The notes under the pieces: generated by a model
The model's input: the letters and a program-made list of their open reading frames with translations, nothing else
Database searches by the model: none
What the model was told of the DNA's origin: nothing
From: Hemiscyllium ocellatum
Taxonomy: Eukaryota
Reading direction: 5' to 3'
Assembly (NCBI RefSeq): GCF_020745735.1
Contig: NC_083422.1
Location: forward strand, 20,956,001 to 21,020,000
Length of the DNA stretch: 64,000 nucleotides
Program-made: the position numbers and the translations under genes
In this document: one piece after another, positions 1 through 11,769 of the stretch
Layout: each line of letters starts with the position of its first letter
Position numbering within the stretch: the first letter of the stretch is position 1

Positions 1-655
1 TTCTTTGAAGTTTGCATCACATGTAGACAGGATGGTTAAGAAGTTGTTTAGTACATTTGCCTTCATTGCTAGGCTCTGAGTGTAGGAGTTGGGTCCTAAT
101 GTTGAAGCTGTACAGGATGGTGGTGAGATTTCTTCTGGAGTACCATGTGCTGTTCTGGGCTCCCCGATATATCAAGGATATGAGTAAGCTGGAAAGGGTT
201 CAGAAGAGATTTACCAAGATGTTCCCAGGTCTAGACGGTTTGAGTTACAAGGAGAGGCTGGGCCTTTTTTTCACTGGAGTGCAGGAGGTTGAGGGGTGAC
301 CTCATGAGGGTTAAAAACATGAGGGGTATAGATTAGGTGAATGGCAGGTGTCTTTTCCCTAGGATGGGGGATTTCAAGAATGTGGGCATTTTTTAAAGGC
401 GAGAAGAGTAAGATTTTAAAAAATATGGAGGGCATTTTGTTTTACACGGAAAGCGGTTTCTGAGTGGAATGAACTTCCAGAGAAAGTTGTGGATGCGGAT
501 ACAGTTATGATACTTAAAAGGACATTTGGATAAGTTCAAGAATAAGAAATATTTGGAGGGATATGGGCCAAGTGCAGGCAGGTGGAACCAGTTTAGTTTG
601 GAGTCATGGTTGGCATAGATTGGGGGCCTGTTTCTGAACTGTATGACCCTATAAA
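1..655 (+). mobile_element. CR1 LINE 3' fragment
   Basis: ORF 57-299 has FWAPRYIKDMSKLERVQKRFTKMFPGLDGLSYKERL, the typical CR1 RT C-terminus, followed by the CR1 3'UTR. Confidence 0.9.
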
Positions 656-1247
656 GAGGCAGGTAAGTTTAAAACCTCACCAAGGACAAATAAAGGTGAC
701 ATTTCAACTTTACTTAGGAAAGTATACTTTTATCATTAAACTTACCAAAAACATTGTCCCAGATATTTTTTGCCTTTCCACCACACTGGCAGGTTCACTT
801 AAATTATTCTGTGTATAAATGAGGAACAAGGAAATGTTTAGCTTCAAATGTTAGCTGGTCCAAAGATTAGAAAACAAATCATAATTGATTTAAGGCCAGA
901 GATATACTGGAGACAAAAACTTGCATAATTGACAATATGCTTTAGGTTAACAAGTGGAATAACAGCGCTGTCAACAGAAGTCATATCTCTTCCTCCAATG
1001 ACACTCCTTGTCCACAGTAATTTTTTTATCCCTGAACAATTAAGTAACCTTGCAGTACTTCCTGGATTGCCTTAAATACTTAAACATTTATTGACGTTTT
1101 CTCTGTTTACTCTCATTTATCTTGTCCCCTTTTTGTGATCAATCGCAGTGCATTAACATTTTCCAAAGAGAAATGAAGACAATGTTTTAACGGTTATTAA
1201 TTTATGTATGAAATTTGTCTTTAAACGGGAAAAAAGTTCCGTCTTAC

Positions 1248-1322
1248 CAGTCGCAGGAATTCTGCTAGTTCCCGAGGTCTCCAACTTTCAAACTCTTCTC
1301 GAGTTGGTAACTTTGTGGCCAT
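1248..1322 (-). CDS. BLNK: First coding exon of an SLP-76/BLNK-family adaptor (start of a SAM domain), most likely BLNK
   Basis: Reverse complement reads ATG...CTG = MATKLPTREEFESWRPRELAEFLRL (25 codons, no stop), followed directly by a strong phase-0 donor GTAAGAC at 1247-1241. The pattern P-x-R-x-E-x(3)-W-x(4)-LA-x-F matches the first SAM helix of SLP-76-family proteins (LCP2 exon 1 is similar in size and phase). BLNK is the known divergent neighbour of DNTT in vertebrates. Confidence 0.8.
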
Positions 1323-1480
1323 TGTACACCTCAAAGAACAGTCTCAACCCTTTGATCTAATCGTTGTGTTTTACTTCTGGTAACTTATTCCTGTTCCACT
1401 CTTTCCCAGCTCAAGGCGGAAGTTTTTAAGATTTGAAGTTGTCAGTGTGCAATGGGACTCCTCCACGCCTATTTCACCAC
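1323..1480 (-). promoter_or_regulatory. Putative BLNK 5'UTR/proximal promoter
   Basis: Non-repetitive sequence just upstream of the minus-strand ATG, with more CpGs than the surroundings and an ETS consensus CGGAAGT at 1417-1423. The transcription start cannot be determined. Confidence 0.4.
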
Positions 1481-1984
1481 GACGCAATCATATGTTAATC
1501 TGACCTAAGTGAAGGGCAGTGAAAAGAAAAGATTGGAAATCATACCTGCAATTGGACAGAAAAACCGCTGGCTGCTGGAGTGAGGGGTGTTCATCATTGC
1601 GTTTGTTATACATTACAGTTAGAAATATTGACATTTTTCTAATATCATGCTTTTTCGCTGATTTCATTTTCATCGTGAAAACGAAATGCGCAAATAGTTT
1701 TCGAACTGCTTTAATTAAATATAGCTATTTGTGTTTTCTTTTAGTTGTCCGTCTAAGTTGGCACTTATACGCCATTTACTGTATATGTAATAAACCTCAG
1801 CCTTAACTTGCTACAGTGCCTGTGGTATATGCTCCCTCAAAATGCTCTGAAGAGATTTCGGGAGGTGAACGTGCACTAAACTTGCGTAAGACGAAATTGA
1901 GTAAGGTCACACCGCTTAGATTTACTGCACTTTTCTAACAGTTCCCCACTGTCAACATCCTGCAGGTTACAGAAACTGAATTGA

Positions 1985-2560
1985 TCAATCATGGAGATTT
2001 GGCTACAAGAACAAGTCAGTGACTGGAAATTCCAAAGTATTTACAAGTCATGAATGCGATGCAAATTTCTTGCATTGTAGAGTGCTGCTCCTGCAACACC
2101 CAAGAAGCTCTTGACACCAAGCAACCATATTGATTGGCATCCCATTCCCCCATGATTAACATTCATTCTGTCCACCACTGACCCACAGTGCCAGCAGTGT
2201 CTACCATCTACAAGATGCACTGCATCAACTTGTCAAGGCTCCTTCAACAGCATTTTCCAAACCAACAGACTGTCATCAAAAAACACGACTAGTAGATGCA
2301 CAGGAACACCACTGCATGCAATTTCCTCTTGAATCCACACACCATTCCTGACTTGGAACTATATCACCATTTCTTCACTACCATTGAGTCAAACTCCTGA
2401 ACTCGATTCCTGAAAGTTTTCTGGGTATGCATACTCTCAAGGATTATAGCAGTTCAATAAGGCAACCCACCACCACTGTCTCCATGGCTATTAGGATGGG
2501 GCTTTGATGTTAGCTCACCCAGCAATACCAACATCCTGTGAATGAACAAAAAAAAATCAT
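1985..2560 (+). mobile_element. 3' end of a second CR1/L2-clade LINE family
   Basis: Similar to 21830-22400 (reverse strand) and 43330-43860. Ends ...catcctgtgaatgaacaaaaaaaaa. Confidence 0.7.
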
Positions 2561-3812
2561 ATATACCGTTATACAAACAATTCCATTTGCCAATTCCTAA
2601 GTGGCTTATGCAGCATTCCACAGTGACTTCAATGTCCTGTGCAGGTGCATTCTCTGTTGCATCTGAATACCATGAATAGTCACTATCACGAGTACACTGG
2701 TGTACATGGGCTAATATGATCTAATGTCACGTCAGGTGGCTGGCAGCATATTTGTTATTCACTGCTGAAATATCAAATATTATGAACCAAGAGCATCCTG
2801 TACTGGTTCCATTTAAAGAATCACTAAGAAAATGCAGGTGAGGTGTTTTAACTAAGTTTATGGAGACACAAATCATTTGCTGGAGATTCTTGTTCTACAA
2901 AGGTCAGGAGGAAAAAGCAGTGCATTACATAATTATGTGGCAGTCATTGCAGTAACATTTGGTCTGCAACATTATCAGGTTATGGAAAGGAAGAGGCAGA
3001 GAGGAGACCACATGCTCCCATGCAACTGGACATGATGCATTTGCCTGCTACTTCTCCCATTGAATCCAAAAATGCATCAAAGGCATGGCTGAACAAATTT
3101 CTCTTGCATTTTTATGGGCTGACACATTAATCCAGATCTCACTTTCTCACTGCCATGTGGTAGTGACAACTGCTGTGCACTTTAAGACTTTCCGTGATTT
3201 GCCGCAATCTTTGTTATGTGATATAATTGCTTTTTGCATCCATTTCTACTGTGAAAACTAACGGCATCTGTGGAGATGATAATATTTAAGTGCATGGTGT
3301 TCCATTATTTGTTATGATTGATTCTGCAGCAATAAGTAAGAATGTTTTCATAGGTCAGTCAAATCAGTTCAAGGTCCACTGGACTGTGGTTAAAGGGTCA
3401 GTTTTAGTCATAGAGAGAGGAATAGTCATTGAAAAAGGTGACTCCATTTCAAATTGTGCTTTTTAGAACTCTTGACTTTTTTTTGCATGATTATATTGAT
3501 ATTGGGGTTTCTTTTAGGATTTAAGCAGCTTTTTACTCACTATCTTTTTTTGTGGATGTACTCATATAGCAACATTAGTTTCTGAAGTTGTGTCAACATA
3601 TGGGGTATTTGGGCTCACAAAGAAGCAGAATTAAAAGAATTCATCAATATCCACAATTCTCCTTTGTGCTCCCTTAAACATGATGCTACAACTCTGAAGG
3701 AAATAATTAACTCTCTTGACATTATAGTAATTAAAGGTAATAGGACTAAGTTAGCAACTTTTTTTCTCAAATAATCATTCTGAATTATACTTTTATGCAG
3801 AAATAGCCATCA

Positions 3813-3957
3813 ATTAGATTAGATTAGATTACTTACAGTGTGGAAACAGGCCCTTCGGCCCAACAAATCCACACCGACCCGCCGAAGCGCAACCCATCCA
3901 TACCCCTACATTTACCCCATTACCTAACACTACGGGCAATTTAGCCTGGCCAATTCT
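3813..3957 (-). mobile_element. V-SINE (HE1-like) 3' half
   Basis: (AGATT)n tail and body shared with the other SINE copies in the window. Confidence 0.85.
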
Positions 3958-4076
3958 AAACATACTTCCCATGGTCTTGTGAGATCAATGCCATATAGTT
4001 ATACGTATGGCTCCAACATAGTCAAAACATTTCTCATATTTCACAGCATGTTGAGATGTTTTGAAATGTGGTAATG

Positions 4077-4295
4077 CAATCAGTTCTGCTATAACACGAC
4101 AGTTCCGTTCTTGTGCAACCCCGTGTTATGAGAAAACTGTGCAATAGAAGCACCATTTAAACTAATCGGGCTAGAATCGCATTATAATCAATACACACTT
4201 TAAAACTTTGCGCTTTAGAAACAGTGTCCCCAATTCATCAATCATGTTATAGCAAATTCACATTAATGAAATGCGTGTTATAGCAGAACGTCCTG
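4077..4295. mobile_element. Tc1/mariner (Tigger-like) MITE
   Basis: Terminal inverted repeats caatcagttctgctataacacg ... cgtgttatagcagaacgtcctg. The flanks are TG and CA, compatible with a decayed TA duplication. Confidence 0.75.
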
Positions 4296-4439
4296 CACAT
4301 TGATTTATTATTGTCATGTACTGAGATAAAGTGAAAGTTATTATTTGATGTGCTAGCAGGTTTTAAGTGTGCTAACCAGATATTTCATACTTTACATAAG
4401 TACATCAGGGTAAGAGAACAGTGTAAAATAATGTTACAG

Positions 4440-5000
4440 TGACAGAGAAGGTGAAGATAAAGATCAACTTTAATGCATGAGAGGTCCCTTCGTAAGTCTG
4501 ATAAGCTATCTTGAAAATCTATCAATATGTATTTTCAAACTTGTGTATCTTCTGCCCAACAGAAGAGAGTATATAACCAGGGTCGGAGGGGACTTTGATG
4601 ATGTTGGCTATTATATCGAGGGCTTATGCTCGAAACGTCGAATTCTCTATTCCTGAGATGCTGCCTAACCTGCTGTGCTTTGACCAGCAACACATTTGCA
4701 GCTATTATATCGAGGCAGCAGGGAGTGTAGACAGTGTCAATGGAAGGAAGGCTGTCTTTTGTGATGAACTGGGCTGCATTCAGAATTCTCTTGGGCAGAG
4801 CAGTTGCCACACCATGCCAGGATGCATACAGATAGGCTGCTTTCTATGGTGCATCTGCAAAAATTGGTAAGAGTCATTGTAGACATGCTGAATTTCCTTA
4901 GCCTTCTAAGGAAGGAGAGGAGTTGGTGTGCTCTCTTGACTGTAGCGTCGATGTGGATGGACCAGGATAGATCTTTGGTGATATTTACTCCTAGGAAAAT
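4440..5000 (-). mobile_element. Rex1/Babar-like LINE RT C-terminal fragment
   Basis: ORF 4737-5012: FLGVNITKDLSWSIHIDATVKRAHQLLSFLRRLRKF...TNFCRCTIESSL...AWCGNC. Confidence 0.8.
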
Positions 5001-5539
5001 GAGATTGAACAACTGGAAGGTGAGCAGCCATTGAGTTGATGTGAGTTGGGCCTACCTTTGAGGAAATCTGGAGGTTACATCATCAAAAGTGAAGAATTGA
5101 ATTGGATTGTGAAGGAGGCAGTTTTAATGAGCTTTTGTATTGCACAGTATCATTAAGATTTGGGTAGGTTGCTGAGAAAGCCTTGCATCTGTCACAACCA
5201 CATCTGCCATTTGATAGGGATTGTGGGGTTGTTCAACTACAGCTTTTCTGTTAATTCATATTTTATCAAATGTTCATTGTAAGTGTTAGAAGATAAGCCA
5301 TATATATGTTGTACATTGTTTACTTTTCAAGTTGTATATTCTGATGTTTTTTGTTGTTTTGTTTAGAGCTGTAGAATCTTGTGCCTTAATAAGTATTTGG
5401 GATTTTAACCCTTACCTAATTTAAAAATATAGTTATTGTTCACTAACCAGATTGTAACTGTTGTCAAATACTTACTGACTTAGGTTTTTAGAAGTCTGAG
5501 ATGTTAATCCAGGATCTGTTCATCAACAGTGGCCTTTTG

Positions 5540-6280
5540 AAAGAGGTGGCTGTCTAGGTGTGGGAAGTGCTCAATATATTTCAGCATCTCTCCTGTGACT
5601 TATATGGGACACGGGCTATTTAACTGACCAGCTGTAAGTTGATATGAGTATTACTTTGGCAACATTCAAGGAAAGGCTATGTTTCTTCTGTGCAGAATTG
5701 AAGAGATCTAAAATGGCTTGCAGATCTGGAGCAGAGTGGGCAGCAGTACTGCCATCATTCACAAACTGTGGATCGTACATGGCCACTGTAGTCAATTTAG
5801 TTTTGGCATGGAGATTACTGAGATTTCATGCCTAGGTGGTATTTCATACTGACATGAGAGCAGTTGATCTTTGCTGCGATGATTTGCCACTATCAGGTAG
5901 ATTGTAAATAGAATGGGAGCTGTCTCACAACCTTGCTTGACAGGTCCATATTTTGAAGACTATCCATTTCAGATCTTTGAATCAACATTACATCATGAAC
6001 CAATTTTAGGATTGTGACGACATTTCTTACACATCCTTTGGAACTGAATCCACAGAGATGCACCATGCTCTGAGTTGAATACTTTGGTCAGTTTGTTTTC
6101 CTTCCAAATTTGCAGCATGAGTGCATAGAGTCTTGATGTGAGTAAAAATTCACAAACTTTGAAGATTTCAGCTGAAATACCATTGGCGCTGCAGGCATTG
6201 TTATTAGCCATCTATTTGATTGCACTTTAACTCTCTTCCATTGATGGTGATCTACCCATGGATTTCACCACAGGGTACAC
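5540..6280 (-). mobile_element. Degenerate RTE-clade LINE RT fragment
   Basis: Minus strand gives NGISAEIFK...LMLQIWK and PQFVNDGSTAAHSAPDLQAILDLFNSA, a decayed QYADD..AHS..LQ motif, with several stops. Confidence 0.6.
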
Positions 6281-6780
6281 AATAGACAATAGGTGCAGGA
6301 GTAGGCCATTCTGCCCTTCGAGCCTGCACCACCATTCAATATGATCATGGCTGATCATCCTTAATCAGTTTCCTGTTCTGCCTTATCTCCATAACCCTTA
6401 ATTCCACTATCCTTGAGAGCTCTATTCAACTCTTTCTTAAATGAATCCAGAGACTGGGCCTCCACTGCCCTCTGGGGCAGAGCATTCCACACAGCCACCA
6501 CTCTCCTCATGAAGTTTCTCCTCATCTCTGTTCTAAATGGTCTACCCTGTATTTTTAAGCTGTGTCCTCTGGTTCGGCACTCACCCATCAGCGGAAACAT
6601 GTTTCCTGCCTCCAGAGTATCCAATCCTTTAATAATCTTATATGTCTCAATCAGATCCCCTCTCAGTCTTCTAAACTCAAGGGTATACAAGCCCAGTCAC
6701 TCCAGTCTTTCAGCGTAAGGTAGTCCCGCCATTCCAGGAATTGACCTCGTGAACCTACGCTGCATTCCTGTAATAGCCTG
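6280..6780 (-). mobile_element. CR1 LINE 3' fragment
   Basis: ORF 6361-6690: LEFRRLRGDLIETYKIIKGLD...RTRGHSLKI...VAVWNALP; tail repeat acaatagacaatag. Confidence 0.92.
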
Positions 6781-6984
6781 GCGAACATTGATTATCATTG
6801 TGCATACCCAGTTGAGAAGTTGTTGAAATGATCCTTCCGGCATTAACAGATCCCTAAGAAGAGAAACCCCATTCTGTGAATGAAGGGGACTTTATCGATC
6901 TGATTTGGGCCTATATATAGTCTGGTATCTTTCAGAAAATCTTTATTATTGAATTTAATGAGCATTATCTTTTGATATCATCAT

Positions 6985-7280
6985 AGAATCTTAGACATCA
7001 TAGAACTCCTACAGTGTGGAAACAAGCCCTAAGGCCCAACAGGTCCACATCGTCTCTCTGACCAGTAACCTACCCAGACCCATTCCCCTACCCTATTATG
7101 TATTTACCCCTGACTAATGCATCTGACCTACATATCTGTGAACACTATGGGCAACTCAGCATGGCCAATTCACCTAACCGGCACATCTTTGGATTGTAGG
7201 AGGAAATTGGAGGACCCAGCGGAAACCCACGCAGACACGACGAGAATACGCAAACTCCACACAGACAGTCACCTGAGGCT
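6985..7280 (-). mobile_element. V-SINE (HE1-like), 5'-truncated
   Basis: Reverse complement of the conserved V-domain (gtggagtttgc...gggtttcc...aaagatgtg...aggtgaattggccatgct). Confidence 0.85.
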
Positions 7281-7739
7281 ATCTTTGGGTGTCACTCTTG
7301 AGCTGTTGGACTGCTGTCTTCTTGACATGTAATCTTGGGTTGTTTGCCAGGAAACTAAGGAAACTAAGGTGCTTTGTATCTGGTTGAGCAAGTTACACAT
7401 ATTTCTGCACTGCTTTCACAAACCCATGGTTTGAATGTGGGATTTGAGTACAGCTGACTGTATTTGATTCCACAACAGACTAGGTGGATTAGCCATGGGA
7501 AATGCAGGGTAACAGGGGTAGGGTAGGGTAGTGGGTCTGGTGGGATGCTCTTTGGAAGGTCAGTGTGGACTCGATGGGCTGAATTGCCTGCTTCCACACT
7601 GTAGGAATTCTCTCATTTTAGAGATGGCACACAGCAACTTTGTGTTGGTTGGAAAAGGAGTGATTAGTTAAGGCATGTTTGGGACCTCTAACAGTTTGCC
7701 TTGTCTTGGTTCATACCATCATTGCTGTAAAATGTAAAT

Positions 7740-8578
7740 AATCAAGTTGGCAACCCCAACGAAAGCAACCACCCCAACACATACAAAAGAAGTTGCATCA
7801 AGACACTATTCAAAAGGGCCACAAAACACTGCAGTACACCAGAACTGTATAAAGTGGAAGAAGAACACCTATACAATATATTCGTCAAAAACGGATACCC
7901 GCGCAATTTCATCAACAGATGCCTAAGGGAAAGACAACGGAATGAGGACATGCCACAATCCAAAGGACTAGCCACACGACCATACGTCAAGAGCATTTCT
8001 GAACTGACAGCCAGACTACTGCGACCACTAGGACTCATAACAGCACACAAACCAACAGCCACTCTCAGACAACAACTCACCAGAACAAAGGACCCGATAC
8101 CCATCATGAGCAAAACCAATTTAGTGTACAAAATCCCATGCAAGGGATGGGACTACATAGGGCAAACAGGAAGACAGCTAACGATCAGCATCCATGAACA
8201 CCAACTAACCACGAAACGACACAACCAGCTATCCTTAGTAGCCACACACGCAGATGACAAGCAATGTGAATTCGACTGGGACAATACTACTACTTTAGGA
8301 CAAGCCAAACAGAAAACAGCCAGGGAATTCCTAGAGGCATGGCACTCATCCACAGATTCAATCAATAAACACATCGACCTGGACCCAATATACCGACCAC
8401 TGCAACGGACAGCTGGAACTGCCAACTGGAAGTGGCAGATTCAAACCACTACAAATGCCGGAGGAAAGATCACGGAAGAGCTTCACAGGAGGCTCCCAAG
8501 CACTGAGGATGTCACCTAGACAGGGGACGAAACGTCTGCAACACAAATTCCCAGCTCGGCGAACAGAACCACAATAAC
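7740..8578 (+). mobile_element. Penelope-like element (Poseidon-type) 3' part: RT thumb, GIY-YIG endonuclease and pLTR
   Basis: ORF 7854-8519: NGYPRNFI...LVYKIPCKGWDYIGQTGRQL...HEH...H...FDW...AREFLEAWHS. Confidence 0.92.
8500..8539 (+). ncRNA. Minimal type I hammerhead ribozyme motif in the Penelope pLTR
   Basis: GCA-CTGAGGA-T-GTCACCT-AGAC-AGGGGAC-GAAA-CGTC-TGC: core boxes present, stem I GCA/TGC, stem II with one mismatch, palindromic ACGT stem III, predicted GUC cleavage after 8536. Confidence 0.7.
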
Positions 8579-11500
8579 ATTCATAGCCATGACTAAGCCA
8601 GGATATTGCTAACTAACGTCTCAGGTCTATCTAACATCTTGAGAACACCCTAAAACACCAAACTGCCCATTTTCTTTTTGTATTTTACATTATCAGTCCT
8701 GTAACTTTGTAACTGTGCTTGCATGTGATTTTGATATTATATCTATATCATTTTCCTTGGGATTAGTGAGTAATAAAATTATTGTTTTTGTTAAACCTTG
8801 TAACTGGTTCCTTATTGTTTCTACTGGACTACTCAGCTGCATTTCAATGAGAGTAAGATATGGTTGGGTGCTGGCAGAACATAACATCTTTGTTGCTCCC
8901 AAACGAGGAGGTTAAAAAGAATGGAGTCGATTCATCGCTCCTTACCTGGTTTTAACAGTAAAGTCTAGCTTCTTGGTTGCTCATAGAGTGAAGTCAAGTG
9001 GAGAACGTTCCATTACTAGTTTGACTTGTGTCTTGTAGATGGCTTTCGGGGAGTGGAGAGGTGAGTTATTTGCCCCAGAATTGCCAGGCTCTGACCTGTC
9101 CTTGAGGCCACAGTATGATTGTTTCAGATCAGTTTATGACCAACTGTAACTCCCAGCATATTGATGATAGGTAATTCAGCAAATGGTAATGTCAATAAAC
9201 ATTAAGGGGAAATGCCTTGATTCTCTCTTGGTGCTCTCCTGGCACTTGGATATTGTAAACTACTTGCTACTTAATCGTCTAAACTTGGATGTTGTCTAAA
9301 GTCTATTTGTGAAGAATACACTGAGACTTAAATGCTTTGTTGGAGATGACTAATTGCTTACCACGGTACTTAAAACACACTCTAAACATTTATTCCCCCT
9401 ATCTTATTCAAAAGGAATGTAACTAATCCTCTTTACTTTCCGTCCTGAATCTGTGAGAAGCAAGAGATTAGATACAGTTTAGATTTTCAAGAGCAATTCC
9501 TATGAGTTAGTTAAAGGTCCACATGATGTGATTTTGTTGTCTAACCACCATGCCTCCAGCCTCATTTTGAAGGGCAATCTTTTCTTGATTTTCATAAACT
9601 TCCATCTGAGCTCTTCAACCTACTCCACATTTTAACCACCCAAAATTATGGTGGTGTCATTACTTGAATCTGCAATTAAGGATAGGATAGTGGAACATCT
9701 TGACAGCTTTCACCCATTCAGAGTGCATCACACAGGGGTTTGTAATGCATAGACTGGCCTGATGGATGAGCTTGAATTCTTTAAAAGTTGCCTTAAGTAA
9801 TGGACAAGGGACTGTTTGAAGACATATTATGGTCTTCCTGAAGGCATTTGATGAAGTCCCTCTCAAAAGACTGATAGGTAATGTTGGAATTCATGGAATT
9901 GAAGGCAAGTTATTGGTCTAATTAGTAAAGTAATTGAGTGTGGGAGATAGCAATTAGTGATAATGAGCAGGCAATCAGGAGGTGGTTCATGGTGTGTCGC
10001 AATGTGCTGCAATATTTGTAATGATTTAGATTGTGGGATAGAAAGTCTCATATCCAGACTTATTAATGACTGAACACAAGTAATATAGTTTAAAGCATAA
10101 AATTATAAAGATATATTAATAGATTAAGTGAATGGATAAAACTGGCAAATGCATTTCAGATAGGAAATGTGAGATAATTCATGATGTTACTGAAAAGGAT
10201 AAAACAAGTCATTTTCTAAGTGGTCTAAAAGTAAGGACAGTAGAAGACCTCAGAGATTTGAGAATCCCAGTATAAAGATAATTAAAATGCCATTAAATGA
10301 TATAAAGAATAATCAAAAAGGCTAATGGATGGCTAGCTTTTTTTCTCTTGAGCACAGTATATGGAACTTATATTCTAATATAAGGGGTAGAAATAAATGT
10401 GTGCAACACTGGATGGTGTTTCAAGGCTAATTTCCAGGTTGTGACCACACTAGCAACTCCAGGTCACTAACTTCATTCGTCATTGACATGTCTTAGCAAA
10501 AGTAAATGATGGTGAAAGCTAAGCGCTACTATTGTTGATTAGAAAGGATTATTTTGTTTAATCAGTGTAAATTAGAATAGTGATTGTATATTTTAAGATT
10601 CAGCTCAATGGGCACTCTTATGATCTATTCTCCTGTGAACCAGTATGTCTTTCACTGGTATTGTCTAGAAAAATATTACTAGATTTGGAGATTAAACAAG
10701 GTATCTTTGCCACTATATTATAGTTTATGGAAATACAACATGTGAGTCTCTTATCATCAGTAGGTAAGTGAATATATACAATTTATTAGCTCTGATCCAC
10801 CTGAGAAATTGGAAAATACTTCTATTAAGACTGAATAGGTAAATGAACATTATTCAGTGCAGACGTCTTTCAAACTTTGATATCCTTCTCTTGAAGATTC
10901 CCAACTTGAAATGTTCTGCTTTTGTTTTCCCACCCTAACAGCAATAGTACTTATTTTTCCCCAGCACCCATGTCGTGTGAGTGCAGGTGTCAGACACAGT
11001 GAAGAACAACCGGTGTTTAAATCTTTATTTGTATTCCACCACCAGGAAGAAAGGAAACACCCGAGTGGCCAGTGACAAGCCGTGCCCTTATGAAAAAAGT
11101 GAAGGAGACGGCATGGATAAAATTAAAATAGACTTGGAGGGAGAAATAAAACACTGAATTGTTCTGCTATTGAAAGCTGTGATGTCAGCTGCTTGGGTCT
11201 TAAGCTCTGGAATTTCCTCCTTGAATTTCTTTGACTTCTCATCCTTTCAGGCATTTCTTTAAAAACAGTATTTTTGGTTCAGTTTTTGGCCAACTGCCCT
11301 AATTTTTTTTGGTGTCTTTGTTCATATTTTGTTTGATAATGCTCCTATACTGAGCTCAAGTATAAAGGAGGTTACAGGAAAATCTTTGCAACAGAACCTT
11401 CCCTGGCTGGAGGTGATGGTAAGAGAGGACACTGAGCGGGACAGTGGGAGCAGTTGAATAAAGGAAGCCCGATGAGAGAAGATCAGACAAATAAAAGATT

Positions 11501-11769
11501 TCCTCAACTGGATGTAAACCACTGGTTTCCAATTTAAATACTGTGCCTTCTTTCTTAACTTTAATTTCCCTTCATATTTGTAATGACCTGATACCAGTGG
11601 AATAAAGAATCCTGGCTTCATGATCTTTAGGCTGTCTATACATTCATATCTCATGGGTGAAATCTTATGGGGGGCTGAGCGCAGTGAGCTATGGTGTGGT
11701 CTGTGGCAGAATTGGATGAGAAATCTGCTAAGGTCCATCTCAACGCTGTGAACATTTTACTGCATGTTT

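Noticed and set aside
2619-11001. V(D)J recombination signal sequences (CACAGTG at 2619, 10995 and several later sites)
   Set aside because: None of those I checked has an ACAAAAACC-like nonamer at 12 or 23 bp spacing.
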